Assembly (NCBI GenBank): GCA_024614665.1 | Contig: GCA_024614665.1_4861.1 | Source: a phage | Length of the DNA: 64,000 bases | Strand: one strand, 5' to 3' | Part shown: positions 28,801-39,043 of the stretch, piece after piece | Layout of the letters: each line of letters opens with the position of its first letter | Numbering within the stretch: the stretch's first letter is position 1 | Notes under the pieces: model-generated | The model's database searches: none | Seen by the model: the letters and a program-made list of their open reading frames with translations, nothing else | What the model was told of the DNA's origin: nothing | Position numbers and translations under genes: made by a program

Positions 28801-29562
28801 ACGGTAATTGGGTGTTGCCATCACTCGGCCACGTTCATGCACCGTATTTCTGTACTCGTCGCACGCACCGCAGGGCGTATTACCACTCCAGGCGGCGTGA
28901 GCACGTATGCGGGAATCGCGGTTAACTACGGACGTGCTGCACAGGTTGTTATTGGCCTGAATGGTGTCACTGGTTCTGGCCGAGACTGGACGGCACTTAA
29001 TCCATCGGTGCGTTTCAGCCACACGCGAACAGCGGACGGTATTTCGTTCGAGGGAACGATTAACATCGATTCCAAAACGATTAACTTTGAGTTGACGCTA
29101 ACCGCGACAACAAAGACGCTGAAATACACCTTGCAGTCGACCGGCGAGTCGTGGACTGAAGATTTGTCTACCCGTCTCCGTCCTGACTATATTGACTTGA
29201 CGAAACTGATTACCGATCCGAGTACGCCGATTTATCACGGCATGGGTGGTTTGTTTAGTTCCGACACAGAAGTGCGTTTGACCTACGCTAACCTGAACAC
29301 GATGCCGACAAAGAATCGTTATTACGCCACGTTCCTTGATTATGCGATTAACTATTCCGGCTTAAACCGCGCAAGATTCTTTACTGGCGTGGTGGAAGCA
29401 GGTTCAACGATTAATGAGATGAACAGCGAGATGTGCAACTATTCATACAGTTCGTTCCGACCAGTGGATACAGGTAAAATTCCGCCGGCGGCACACCCAT
29501 CCAAGATGATGACGTTCAATCCGCAAAACACGTCAGGTCGAACACTTATTATTCGTGATTAA
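25858..29562 (+). CDS. tail fibre-like protein (1234 aa)
   Basis: AAAGGAG RBS; tail-fibre-type repeats (ATTTEFGLVQFGTAVDDATLALDGG); shared N-terminal module with the next three genes. Confidence 0.75.
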   Translation: MAVVPDPHYQEPGNMQTGEAVTPIGTKYRMLFPAHAPFYTTSLVVKSGGKKLTLGDDYVITHAYVTGMARTGHVCHGGVWITNPKYQSGFTLDYHAIGIGEATAEMIAAEREANKDRYPVDCQWDNVIGDLYFPPVDIKFDWENWRGESELMEAIAEIGQKIATLPPIPDPMANNTAKYVDNDLVEPNFTYDNAGGFVTNTNKADQYSTLGSRTYSLGDYKFQATYTLPSYYSTTTTPYWWFTLIGYWGSPFRKATLELVNGNTFRFLITYDSFDKKETFVWATLPVGIDFFKKPFTVTIDRKRAARTIELTITQDSKVVLHSLMDMNNPPAEFATRFTQLGIASTLDRNTDFRFRHISSIGDKVSFRALPGAVIEAPDGSDVLSILKKYHALVDQLYRGAPAHAHVPRKDNPHRDSWGAIRALENNGIASDATLVYGKTQPQLTDYVNNLLPKLSTLANKLLRLPAAAQSISGTFGMKPGLTSITSAVGTDESEGVGAQFTVDPRVIRFIGRDSQTVNAGNNPITWQGGANQLILYPDSRGLEFNGKKLLDPTTVGPYLPGNESGGDGLFYGTSTATVTINGNGIQSVPFICTFVPPESDDLGLMAVRLLATEFGDREDLAATPALIKKLDQQFTGKLVAVKSYINDMPLTSSIYIDKTNFGLSNVQNVPDVQLPISPLQQAELDKYAVVGHKHTSAAFGIKRATTTEFGLVQFGTAVDDATLALDGGVVIRQADAITEIEKVAKTVDSGAAIDIIRYGLPGTDIIENGITYTDWMVTIKANDYFVGREYKVPLSTFNLAELFPATHEDAEFGVYVDVAGNDAKYIIYENPNTAETETMTKIGSIITSETGVVFVEIRNVTRLGEFRELGEHIEDDNAHIRRGMTQAEFGFTYGTGGPVWSTGAPGTKRIDADWRYAQANSYTPMLEADYDPAADKWTFKTTSLSVADYRFVHNTFPMFQNNGITATWTPLTATADSVLETVIGCCHHSATFMHRISVLVARTAGRITTPGGVSTYAGIAVNYGRAAQVVIGLNGVTGSGRDWTALNPSVRFSHTRTADGISFEGTINIDSKTINFELTLTATTKTLKYTLQSTGESWTEDLSTRLRPDYIDLTKLITDPSTPIYHGMGGLFSSDTEVRLTYANLNTMPTKNRYYATFLDYAINYSGLNRARFFTGVVEAGSTINEMNSEMCNYSYSSFRPVDTGKIPPAAHPSKMMTFNPQNTSGRTLIIRD

Positions 29563-29574
29563 GGAGATTTTTGA

Positions 29575-32500
29575 ATGAAAACGTATCCTTACGATCCTCG
29601 GGGTGTAAATCCCGAGTGTCACTTCATCGAGGAACGTATCATCGACTCCGACAATCCTAACGATCGGGTGGTGATGCTAGATCATCGCCCGTTTTTCGAA
29701 GGATTGGTGGTAACGCTCGCCGGCTCGTCCATACCGCTTACCCGCGGGACGGACTATGAGCTGGAGTATGCTTTAACACCGTTGGACGACTCGGTGACGA
29801 CCCCGGTGTTCTGTGGGGTGCATCTTATTAACCCTAAACTGCGTGGTGCAGTGGTCTTTGAAGGCCAGATGCTCGGGGGTACGTTTTACAGTGGTCTGAT
29901 TGAGATGTTGGATGAGCTAATTAAGGCTCTCAACAATCCAACGGCTGCAGATTGGCTGCTTTTAGGTAATCGACCTTCCCTGTACCCAGCCACCCCTGCA
30001 GCGGTAGCTTGGTCAGACATGCTGAATAAAAAGTATGTTGCCTCTGCAGTGCATGATGTGGAGTTAGATGCCGGGGCGGCCAACGAGCAGATTCGTGAAA
30101 AGCTTACCGAGCTGAAAGATACGGTTCTGGCCTTAGGAACTGAAATCGCCACATTTAACTACCCCGGACACATTGCGTCCACTAACCCTCATGGGACTAC
30201 CGCGGCGCAGGCCGGTGCGCATCCTGTCAACCTGAAAACGCCAGATACTTTCCTGGCGTACGGAAAGACGTTGCGTCAGTTAACCAGCGAGGTCCGTGCA
30301 CTGGGTCTGCAGCAATCGGATATCGACAAGTACATTTCTAAATGGGTATCGAAAGAATCCAAAGGGGTGTTTAATGCGACGATATCTGGTACTCGTGCCC
30401 TGTTCCGTTCTCCTGCTGGCGAATCTGAAATTGTGTTCTCTGCTGAGGCTTTCACTCTTAAATCTAATGGCTCTGTTGTGTTGGCGTGTGGGTATGCCGA
30501 TACTACTGGAACCGTCCGGTTTATGGAGTGGAAAGCAGGCATCAATACATTACGTATTGAGTCGACTGGCAGTGCCTTGGGGATGGATAAGCTGACGCTT
30601 AACGGAACAACGTTGCTGACCACCACCGCTCTCATGGGCTATCAACAAGACCCTGGTGCCGGCGGTGGTACCGGCGGTGGTACCGTTGACCCGGATGACA
30701 ATAAACTGTACATTAGCGGGGTGAACGGCATTACTTTCACGGGTAAAGGGTCAAAAGCCGATCCCGTCGCCGGGAAGGTCACAGCCAAGCCAGCGACGAC
30801 CTCTGAACCCGGCGTTGTGACGCTAACTGATAAGCCGAGCGATGTAGTCAAAGGACAAGCAGCCACCCCAGCTTCGCTCTTACCGTACGAGGGTGATCTG
30901 TCTTCGTACGTCAGGAAGACAACACTGCTGAATAACCAGCCGATGGACACTGGTAGCCGAACGCTAACGAAAAAGGATTTGGGTCTGGACTTGGCTGATA
31001 ACACAGCTGACGTCGATAAACCACTTTCTGATTCGTTGGCAGAAGCAGTTACTGGTCTTAGTGATAAAGGCCACCATCACAACTTCGCCGATTTACAGAT
31101 CCCAACGGCTTCTCAAACAGTTCCCGGTATCGCTCGATATTCTACCAACCTAAATAGCTTGTCGGATAATCGCGGCGTTACCCCGAACGTACTGAACGAT
31201 TTGTCAAAACGTTTAGACGTAGTTGCAGCTGCGCTAGCAAACGCGAAAGAGGACACCGTGACCGATTTTGCCGCTGTGCGCGGTAAGACTTGGACTGTGG
31301 GGTCTTCACGTACCACCCTCGCCGTAACGGATTTGAATTATTTCTATCTGTTAAATGGTGCACGTAAAGAGGGGACGGTATCCGGTTCGATAGACCTGCA
31401 AACCACGCCGATGTTCCAGTGGTTCTCTCCAGATAACCGTATGGAAAGAACGTGGCAGAACGCGGTAATCAATACCGGTGCCGGTATTGATTTTAGTGGG
31501 TTTGAGGTTGCCGTCCCGGAAACGGACTACGGTGCCCAGATTGGTTTAACGACAACCGGAATGGGTGATTTGTCGGTCGTTAACCTCTTGGCGAAAACGT
31601 GGGTTCGTTGCGACTCTGGTAAGCTGCGGATTTGGGTTCGTGGCGGTGGTGCTGTTTCTGTTTATCTAGACGGTGAAATTATCGCTGCGGGTATTACAGA
31701 AGCGGGGTATCTGGAGGCGACTGTCAAGGAGGGGTGGAAGCAACACTGCTTAGCATTCCGTGCCGAGTGTAACGATAGCGCTAAAGCAGCCGCAATTCGT
31801 TTCACAATTTACGACGGTGACTTTGCGGTTGGGGCCTCGGATAAAAACACCAAAGTTGCCCGCCTGCAGGAGTTTGTTAAGACACCGAATGGTTTAAGGC
31901 ATTACCTCTATGTGAACATGATAACCGATGCGTTATATTCGCGCGCCGAACCTATTGTGGACACGGATGGTATTAACCTGGAGCGCGGGTACATTGGTTA
32001 CATTGATGTGCCCGAGACGGGATTGGTTGCAGGTACGACTTACGAGTTTGAAACGACGTTTGATTTTGGCATGGCGTCCGAACTTAAACGGCACTTCGAA
32101 ACACGTCTGGCGCACGGAGTGAGTAATACCGACTGGTCGTTGACGGATAACCCGAAAATGCTGCCGTTGAATAAGGTTGATCCGTTACCTAAACAATGGC
32201 TGTACGCGTATCCAACTAACCCGTCAGTTTCTGGGGATAACCTCGTTCGTTTAGATCGTGGGTTATTTGATTATAAATTCGTAAGTGCCACCTCGCTCAC
32301 GATTCTTCTTGCGGCGGTTGTTTCCACTGAAAACGCGTCCCCGTATTGCTGGTTTACACCAAGCAACCCGAAAGAAAATGGAATGGCGACATTCGAGGGT
32401 TCGGTGGTAATCGACACTGATTATCCTGAAGTCCCAAAAACCTCGGACGTCGAAGTTTCATTAAACTTCATGGCCCCTTCTGCTGATGGGAAAGGTAAAA

Positions 32501-33717
32501 CCAGAGTTCTGCAGTGGAGTAATTCCAAGACCAGTTTAAACTGTGGCTTTATTGCTGCGCCGTACGATAAACCAACCGGAAGAATTGCCAGCACACAATC
32601 CAGCGTTACTAATACGCTGGTTGATGCTCCTCGTGTAATCAAGAGCGTGGAAGTTCAGTCGCCTGACTGTTTAGACTATCTCCCGGTTTCAATCGCTAGC
32701 GAGTTCGCAGCCATTGGTTCACGCTGGCTTATTCGTTATCGCTATATTGTTGATACGCAGATACTGCGAATATCGACGATTAGTAAGATAGGTGGCCAGG
32801 CTTCGGCAACTGTTCGTGAGATAGAATACGACATTCCGTTTGACGCGATTGATTATTTTAAAGGTGGCGCTTTATCGATTAGTGTTACTGGCATCGAAAC
32901 TGGTGAAGGCGTCACAATCAACCACGGTTTGATGGACCCCTCCACAACAGAAGTAGATTTAAATCGTTTCCATTATCTACGCTCATTATTTGAGTCGTAT
33001 ATTGAGCGTTCTCCAGACACCCAGTCTTCTGGGCATGAGGAGATGTCGATATCAACCGTCACGTTCGCGAACTTTGGAGATAACGTCGATAACCCGGTTA
33101 CGGAATACATCACGTTGTCTGCTGCAGGCGAGGGTTATCCGGAACTTGCACCGAATGGTAAACTCCCTGCACCGTTTTACAAAGGACTGCAGAAACGTGG
33201 TGCTCCGCTACTTGAGTCGGCTCCTACAGACTATACGTCTAACGGTGGTGAATGGAAGTACGGCTTTATGCGGGCTTATCGCCCAACTCAAAATGAGCGT
33301 TTTGTGTCGGTAAATGGGACAATGCTCTCTAACTACCCTGGATACATCATCGTGGGTAGTGAGAAAATTCCGGGTAATGTTATACCTTTCAGTGCATCGA
33401 CAACAGCTGTTCAGATATCTGGGACTCTTGCCCGCACGAAACCGATGCAGCCAATTCACATCGTGTTCGTGCCTCCGGAAGGTTCTGTGCCGCCACTGCA
33501 AGCGAAGTTCACTATTAATGGTGTGGGCAGTAGTGGTAATCCGTTGTTCGTGATTACTGAAACGACACCGGTGGAACTTCGCACAGGTGGCGAGACGGTC
33601 CTCATTGAGAAGCGTAATCCATTCCACATCCCCACCAGGACATGGGATTGGATTTTACAAACGTTGGATACTGAACGTAGAAACGAAGGCAACAACTCGG
33701 GTGAGTGGGCCTCTTAG
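29575..33717 (+). CDS. tail fibre-like protein (1380 aa)
   Basis: AAGGAG RBS; ATTSEPGVVTLTDKPSDV and GIARYSTNLNSL fibre-type motifs; Gly-rich GAGGGTGGGT linker. Confidence 0.75.
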   Translation: MKTYPYDPRGVNPECHFIEERIIDSDNPNDRVVMLDHRPFFEGLVVTLAGSSIPLTRGTDYELEYALTPLDDSVTTPVFCGVHLINPKLRGAVVFEGQMLGGTFYSGLIEMLDELIKALNNPTAADWLLLGNRPSLYPATPAAVAWSDMLNKKYVASAVHDVELDAGAANEQIREKLTELKDTVLALGTEIATFNYPGHIASTNPHGTTAAQAGAHPVNLKTPDTFLAYGKTLRQLTSEVRALGLQQSDIDKYISKWVSKESKGVFNATISGTRALFRSPAGESEIVFSAEAFTLKSNGSVVLACGYADTTGTVRFMEWKAGINTLRIESTGSALGMDKLTLNGTTLLTTTALMGYQQDPGAGGGTGGGTVDPDDNKLYISGVNGITFTGKGSKADPVAGKVTAKPATTSEPGVVTLTDKPSDVVKGQAATPASLLPYEGDLSSYVRKTTLLNNQPMDTGSRTLTKKDLGLDLADNTADVDKPLSDSLAEAVTGLSDKGHHHNFADLQIPTASQTVPGIARYSTNLNSLSDNRGVTPNVLNDLSKRLDVVAAALANAKEDTVTDFAAVRGKTWTVGSSRTTLAVTDLNYFYLLNGARKEGTVSGSIDLQTTPMFQWFSPDNRMERTWQNAVINTGAGIDFSGFEVAVPETDYGAQIGLTTTGMGDLSVVNLLAKTWVRCDSGKLRIWVRGGGAVSVYLDGEIIAAGITEAGYLEATVKEGWKQHCLAFRAECNDSAKAAAIRFTIYDGDFAVGASDKNTKVARLQEFVKTPNGLRHYLYVNMITDALYSRAEPIVDTDGINLERGYIGYIDVPETGLVAGTTYEFETTFDFGMASELKRHFETRLAHGVSNTDWSLTDNPKMLPLNKVDPLPKQWLYAYPTNPSVSGDNLVRLDRGLFDYKFVSATSLTILLAAVVSTENASPYCWFTPSNPKENGMATFEGSVVIDTDYPEVPKTSDVEVSLNFMAPSADGKGKTRVLQWSNSKTSLNCGFIAAPYDKPTGRIASTQSSVTNTLVDAPRVIKSVEVQSPDCLDYLPVSIASEFAAIGSRWLIRYRYIVDTQILRISTISKIGGQASATVREIEYDIPFDAIDYFKGGALSISVTGIETGEGVTINHGLMDPSTTEVDLNRFHYLRSLFESYIERSPDTQSSGHEEMSISTVTFANFGDNVDNPVTEYITLSAAGEGYPELAPNGKLPAPFYKGLQKRGAPLLESAPTDYTSNGGEWKYGFMRAYRPTQNERFVSVNGTMLSNYPGYIIVGSEKIPGNVIPFSASTTAVQISGTLARTKPMQPIHIVFVPPEGSVPPLQAKFTINGVGSSGNPLFVITETTPVELRTGGETVLIEKRNPFHIPTRTWDWILQTLDTERRNEGNNSGEWAS

Positions 33718-33728
33718 GACGGACTGCC

Positions 33729-33795
33729 TACGGGCGGGTAGTCCGTAGGTAAACCGCCCTTCCGTTATTGGGAGGGCGGTCTCCGTTTTATTACA
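33729..33795 (+). terminator. tandem hairpins / intrinsic terminator after tail fibre gene 2
   Basis: CCTACGG-N9-CCGTAGG then ACCGCCCTTCC-N7-GGAGGGCGGT followed by CTCCGTTTTATT. Confidence 0.55.
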
Positions 33796-33812
33796 GATTA
33801 GGAGTGTTTGCA

Positions 33813-36800
33813 ATGCCGAGAGAAGATGCGGCGCAGTTTAACGGTACGCTCAGTACCGCTACTTACCCGAACCGTTATTCGGCGGTCATTCCCGTCGAAG
33901 CACCGTTCTATCGCATCGGGTTAACGTTAACCGTTACCGATAAAACAACCGGAACCAAACGCAAGTTAATAGAAGGTCTTGATTATTTCTTAGGACATTA
34001 CTTCCAGGAATTAGCCGAGGCTGAGAACGATGCAATATACGGCAGCATAATGCTGCTGAACGCCACAGAGGTAGAATACGAGTTGTTGTCGGTTGGTCGA
34101 CAGTATCGCATCCCTGCTTCTGAAATCGGCAAGTATCTGGTTAAGACAGATATGAAAGACCCGCGTAACTGCGATTGGTCTGAGCTGATGAAATATCCGC
34201 CGATTATCTCGCCAATCGACCCGCCAAAAGACCTCGAAGAAGCGATTCTTCGCGATGAAATCGTAAAGGCGTTGGAAGATATCCGTCTGGGTATTTTAGA
34301 GCGCGCCCACGAGCTGGATGAGGCTTTTGCCGAAGTTACCGATTTGATTTATCAGAACGGTAAGCAGGTGTTTGAAGATGAGATGTATCAGCACCACCTG
34401 GTTAAAAACGCACACGGTTACACCTGCGGTGATATTGGCGCTCTCCCGGTACTCGGCAAAGCCGTAGATGCGACTAAGGCATTCGGACGTACCCTGGCAG
34501 AGCTAGTGACGTTAATGTCTACCAGCGGCATCCAACAGAAACACGTTGACATGCTTCTGGATAATACCCTGGGTGATTTACTGGGCCGTATGCGTGTTCT
34601 GAATAACGACGCGATTACGTTCCAAACAACGTCTGGTCACGTTATCAGCATGAAGGGTGAGAAGTTCATCATCACCTCGACAAAACCGCTGGTATTAAAA
34701 GCTGACCAGGATAACAACGAACCGGGTATCGCTACGGAGTTCAGTGCTGGTCTGAACACGCTTTGGGTTCACTCGGGTAAAGCAGGTGACAAGTGGGGCG
34801 ATTATGATGCGGGTGTGCTTGCACCTGTGTATAATAGCGTGTATCTCGTTACACCGGATATGGTTAAGATGTACTTGACCTCGGTGAAGATACTTCCAGC
34901 AAACGCCTACTTCAAGTCCAGCGACACGTTGAAGATTTATGGCTCTGGTAAAGAAACAAACAAAGTTTACATGAATGCGGAGCTGCCTGCAGCAACCACA
35001 ACTGTGCAGGGTTTGTTTGCGATTACTAACCTTTCGGCGTCCGCTGCATCGTCCACAGCGATTTCCCAAAAAGCTGTTACTGACTTGAAGAACAAACTCG
35101 ACGGATATGTGGACGACACGTATACGGTCAACGGCAAAGGGTTTGTGTTAGACGAAAACGGTCAAATGCATTTAACCTTAACCGCGTCGGATTTCGGTAT
35201 TGAGAAGATGAACAATACCGGGCCGCTGGAGAAACCGGTTACTAATGCGTTGCGCACCGTGCTATCAGGCAAGGCACTCTCAACACACACCCACACCATT
35301 GCTGATCTCGATGACGTGCCGTACGCATCCACATCTGTTACAGGTTTGGCTAAACTGTGGGATGCTATTGACACCACAACAGATAAGATGGTTACTGCCC
35401 GCCAGGGTTTCTTGCTCGAACAGAAGATCGGTACACTGAACGACAAGATTGCTACGTTGTTGCCAGCATGGACCGTTGGCGGATCGTCGTACGGTAACAA
35501 TAACTTCTTGCCTATACCTGTCCAGGGGAACTACGAAGGGTACACCAAAAACCAAACTTGGCAAAAAGGACTGGCGCGTTACGAGGCTGGTAAGGTTTAC
35601 TCGTTGCGTAATGGTTCCAACGGTAACGCCCCTGCTGACTGGGCTATCTATTACGCCTATGCTGATGTGTCGCCAAGCAATACGCTGGAAAATATGCAGC
35701 AGACGTCCGTACGTTATCACCCCGCTGGAATGTCGGCGTATCCTGGGGTGAATCTGGTTGCTATTCTGATTACCGGTACAGATGCAATGATCTGCTTAGG
35801 CAGTGACGGTGCGTATTACCTGGTCATCTTTGACGGCACCATTGACCATGCAAAACATCATCGTGTTGTTAAAGTTTACTTGGGCGATTACCGAAATGGT
35901 AACGCGGCCGGTGTGATTACAACCGCACCATGGGTTGCCGATCCATCAACAAACGATTTGATCGTTTGCAACGATCGGGTTTATCTGCTCCGTACTGTGC
36001 TTACCTCCGGTGACTATTTCGTGAGTATGCGTAGCATCGCACTCGACGAACTTAATCTGGGTGGTAGCAACACGTTTGTGGCGGATGTGTTAACGGGTGG
36101 GATGTTAACGTCGGGAGATAATATCTACTTGCGTCAGGGTCAGAAACGTTCTGATACAGATGTGTTGGTAGCGCCAGTAACACAAATCTACGCAGACGCA
36201 TCGGCGAAGTGGAATAGTGCGCGAAATTTCGTCCATGGTCCGGAATGTAATCACGCGATTGCTGTGGATGGGCTGAACTTTCGTGTTGGTTTAACGCCAA
36301 CAGTCTGGTTTGCTTCTACTACAGGGCAAACTATTAACTTTAAACAATGGGTGTCAAGCTTTGTTGTTGATTGCAGTTCAATGACGGTAACGCTGGAAGG
36401 GGCTGATCGATTCCCTATTGTGGCTGATCTTACCGCGGTTCGTTATAACGGTGGTGCTGAGATTGGGATTCCGAGCTGGAAGTGGGGCGAAGGTCAAGCT
36501 AATAACCGAACCTTTGCAACATCGCAAGACAAGTATATTGTTTCGCAAGGACTTTCAGGCGATCGCGACCTAATGCCTTATGTCAGGATTACAACGTTAG
36601 ATGACGGTGTGAGTTGGTACGAGTACCTGTCGTGCGACTACAACTTCACTGCCAGAAGTTTTAGTGCGGTAATGTTAAACCAAGGACGTGGTTCTATCTA
36701 CGAGCTGGGTATGGCGTATCCGCTGACTCTGGGAGCGAATTCCAGACTTATCTGGTTGTCACAACCGCGTACCCGTTTGGCAATTGAAGTTGAGTTTGAT

Positions 36801-38996
36801 CCGAACACCACTTACTCAGGTAAGGCGGGGTATGGCCCAACTAACAATCGTCGTGTAGTAGATTCTATCACGTATGAGAATCTGTCGCAGATGTGCCACA
36901 TTGTTACACCGGCGTCGCCTGGTACAGAGTTAAACGGCTGGTATTGCACAGGACCAGAAACATTCCCTTACCACAACGTTTCCGGCACTTTCACGATTCA
37001 TGCCGATCGATTGACGCTGTCACAAGCTGAATGGAATAAGATGAAGCAGATGATCATCGACGGAGCACCGGCAGGCGCTGCGAATGGTTATGCTTCGGAA
37101 TTTATCCTTGCTGCAAATAACGCAGGAAAGGCATTGTTTTCCGTTTGGTTCATCGGCATCGGAACGGCCACACCGCTCACATTAGCACAAGTAGCATGTA
37201 CACGTACTGTGAACAATGTTAACGTGTTAGATATCTACTACTTTACACTGAAACCAACAATCAGCAACGGGCAGGTAACATTCCCCGCAGCGATATTGGC
37301 ACTGTTTGACTTCTATAACAACCTCGTCTATGGCTTGAACTATGCTACGTTGGGAGAGATAACGGGAGGAAAAACACGCCGGCCGGGACAACCTACCATG
37401 GTGTCGGTAGATGGTACGCAGTTCGGGTTGTATCTTCCACACACGTTAACCTTGCGCCAAATTGGCGACTTGGGTGCGCTTAACTACGGTGTCGGTCTTA
37501 CGCTGTCTAATGGTACCTGGACGCGTTCTTCTGCCCCGCGCGGCATTGGACGCATGGCACCATCACACACTCCAGTCAGCCCAGCTTATCTGGCTCATCG
37601 TGATCAGGTGATGCTACACAACTCATCTCTCGACTACGTCTATTGTGGTGGTATCGCAATGTCGTCGAGTGATTTTGTCGCGGCTCCTAATTTTAGTGGC
37701 CCGACTGAATCGGTCGTCATTGCTGGTGTGGAAACAGCCGAAGGTTGGCTGGTATATGTGACTGAGGAAGTTAACCTGCGTTTCGGCTCGAGCACTTATA
37801 AGCTGCCTACGTGGTATATTGACCTCAGCGCAGCGTTTCCAACAAACCATCAGAACCGGACATTCTACCTGCACGCCAAGGTAGAAAATGGTACACCGAA
37901 GTACGTAATGGACGTGATTCAACATCCAGACACTGAAACGGAACTCTATATCGGGTATGTTAAAACGGGCTCGTCGCGAGTCGTCGAGACTAATGTCGAA
38001 CATGTTAAGCGCTTGGGTGCGGTGAAACAGCTGTTGGAACACGCAGCAGTTGAGAATAAGCACGATGTGGAAGTGGGAAGGGATGCAGCAACGGGCAGAC
38101 TGGCACCATTACGTAAAGAAGCGATGGGTCCTTTGTCTATCGATGGCAAGAAAGGCTATCTGGATAGTCAGTTGCTTTATACCGTATCTGACGCACAGCG
38201 TCGCGGTAAAGCGATGGTGTCCAAACGTTTCGAAGGCTTGAAAACCTTGCCGGTGTTTACTCAGGCAAACAAGTCGGGGGCGTTTTGGAAACATCCTACA
38301 ACAATTGCGACGGTAACGGCCGATGAGAACGGTGAAGCGGCATCGTTGGGAATGGAGTGGGTAGGTATTCCAACGCCCGCCTTCTCTCCGACCACAACAT
38401 ACGCGATGGTGATGATACAAAGTAAATTCGTCGTCCCAGGTACACCTGGAGTGGAAACAACCTTTAATGTCAACATCGCCCCATGGGAGACGGTAGAAAT
38501 GTTTTTCTACAACGTCGAGGCGGAAGGTAAGGATGTTAACATTGATGAAAGTTCAGAACTGTTAACGCCGAGACCACATACCGTGTATCACGAACAGCAC
38601 TCTCTGCCCGCAGGCGTGCCATGTACGTTTACTTTCGTTGGTGTGTTGAGTTCCTCAGCGCTTGAGATGGCCAACCAGCATATTTGCTCTTGGCTTTTCA
38701 CGGACGCGGGGGGACTACCAATCACCACCGATCTTTCGGATAGTAAGATTCAAATCTTTCCAGCGGCGGGAGAGACCAACGGCACACCAGTTGTTTTTAA
38801 CAGCCGTAGCTACACGTTTGTGGATGTGGCGGGTGCAATTCCGGTTGTTACCACGGGCGCTCAGGGTTTATACCCACCACCGATCGTGGCGTGGGATGGC
38901 GATGATCTTACGTTAACGATTGCGCACGATTGGGTGAACGAGAGAGGATGGCAACAGGCTAATGTTATCCAGGTCAATCTTATGTTCCGTACCTAA
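33813..38996 (+). CDS. tail fibre-like protein (about 1727 aa)
   Basis: ORF track 33768..38996; start moved to ATG (MPRED...) with AGGAG RBS because upstream codons lie inside terminator hairpins; ATTTVQGLFAIT and STHTHTIADLDDV motifs. Confidence 0.75.
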   Translation: MPREDAAQFNGTLSTATYPNRYSAVIPVEAPFYRIGLTLTVTDKTTGTKRKLIEGLDYFLGHYFQELAEAENDAIYGSIMLLNATEVEYELLSVGRQYRIPASEIGKYLVKTDMKDPRNCDWSELMKYPPIISPIDPPKDLEEAILRDEIVKALEDIRLGILERAHELDEAFAEVTDLIYQNGKQVFEDEMYQHHLVKNAHGYTCGDIGALPVLGKAVDATKAFGRTLAELVTLMSTSGIQQKHVDMLLDNTLGDLLGRMRVLNNDAITFQTTSGHVISMKGEKFIITSTKPLVLKADQDNNEPGIATEFSAGLNTLWVHSGKAGDKWGDYDAGVLAPVYNSVYLVTPDMVKMYLTSVKILPANAYFKSSDTLKIYGSGKETNKVYMNAELPAATTTVQGLFAITNLSASAASSTAISQKAVTDLKNKLDGYVDDTYTVNGKGFVLDENGQMHLTLTASDFGIEKMNNTGPLEKPVTNALRTVLSGKALSTHTHTIADLDDVPYASTSVTGLAKLWDAIDTTTDKMVTARQGFLLEQKIGTLNDKIATLLPAWTVGGSSYGNNNFLPIPVQGNYEGYTKNQTWQKGLARYEAGKVYSLRNGSNGNAPADWAIYYAYADVSPSNTLENMQQTSVRYHPAGMSAYPGVNLVAILITGTDAMICLGSDGAYYLVIFDGTIDHAKHHRVVKVYLGDYRNGNAAGVITTAPWVADPSTNDLIVCNDRVYLLRTVLTSGDYFVSMRSIALDELNLGGSNTFVADVLTGGMLTSGDNIYLRQGQKRSDTDVLVAPVTQIYADASAKWNSARNFVHGPECNHAIAVDGLNFRVGLTPTVWFASTTGQTINFKQWVSSFVVDCSSMTVTLEGADRFPIVADLTAVRYNGGAEIGIPSWKWGEGQANNRTFATSQDKYIVSQGLSGDRDLMPYVRITTLDDGVSWYEYLSCDYNFTARSFSAVMLNQGRGSIYELGMAYPLTLGANSRLIWLSQPRTRLAIEVEFDPNTTYSGKAGYGPTNNRRVVDSITYENLSQMCHIVTPASPGTELNGWYCTGPETFPYHNVSGTFTIHADRLTLSQAEWNKMKQMIIDGAPAGAANGYASEFILAANNAGKALFSVWFIGIGTATPLTLAQVACTRTVNNVNVLDIYYFTLKPTISNGQVTFPAAILALFDFYNNLVYGLNYATLGEITGGKTRRPGQPTMVSVDGTQFGLYLPHTLTLRQIGDLGALNYGVGLTLSNGTWTRSSAPRGIGRMAPSHTPVSPAYLAHRDQVMLHNSSLDYVYCGGIAMSSSDFVAAPNFSGPTESVVIAGVETAEGWLVYVTEEVNLRFGSSTYKLPTWYIDLSAAFPTNHQNRTFYLHAKVENGTPKYVMDVIQHPDTETELYIGYVKTGSSRVVETNVEHVKRLGAVKQLLEHAAVENKHDVEVGRDAATGRLAPLRKEAMGPLSIDGKKGYLDSQLLYTVSDAQRRGKAMVSKRFEGLKTLPVFTQANKSGAFWKHPTTIATVTADENGEAASLGMEWVGIPTPAFSPTTTYAMVMIQSKFVVPGTPGVETTFNVNIAPWETVEMFFYNVEAEGKDVNIDESSELLTPRPHTVYHEQHSLPAGVPCTFTFVGVLSSSALEMANQHICSWLFTDAGGLPITTDLSDSKIQIFPAAGETNGTPVVFNSRSYTFVDVAGAIPVVTTGAQGLYPPPIVAWDGDDLTLTIAHDWVNERGWQQANVIQVNLMFRT

Positions 38997-39043
38997 CAGA
39001 TAGCGCTATGGGGCAAGGAAGCCCCAATCAAAGGAGTTTGGCA

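Noticed and set aside
33768-33812. N-terminal extension of tail-fibre gene 3 in the ORF track (MGGRSPFYYRLGVFA)
   Set aside because: These codons lie inside the terminator hairpins; the ATG at 33813 has a proper AGGAG RBS
39008-39043. N-terminal extension of tail-fibre gene 4 in the ORF track
   Set aside because: The ATG at 39044 is preceded by AAGGAG at ideal spacing; the upstream ATG has none
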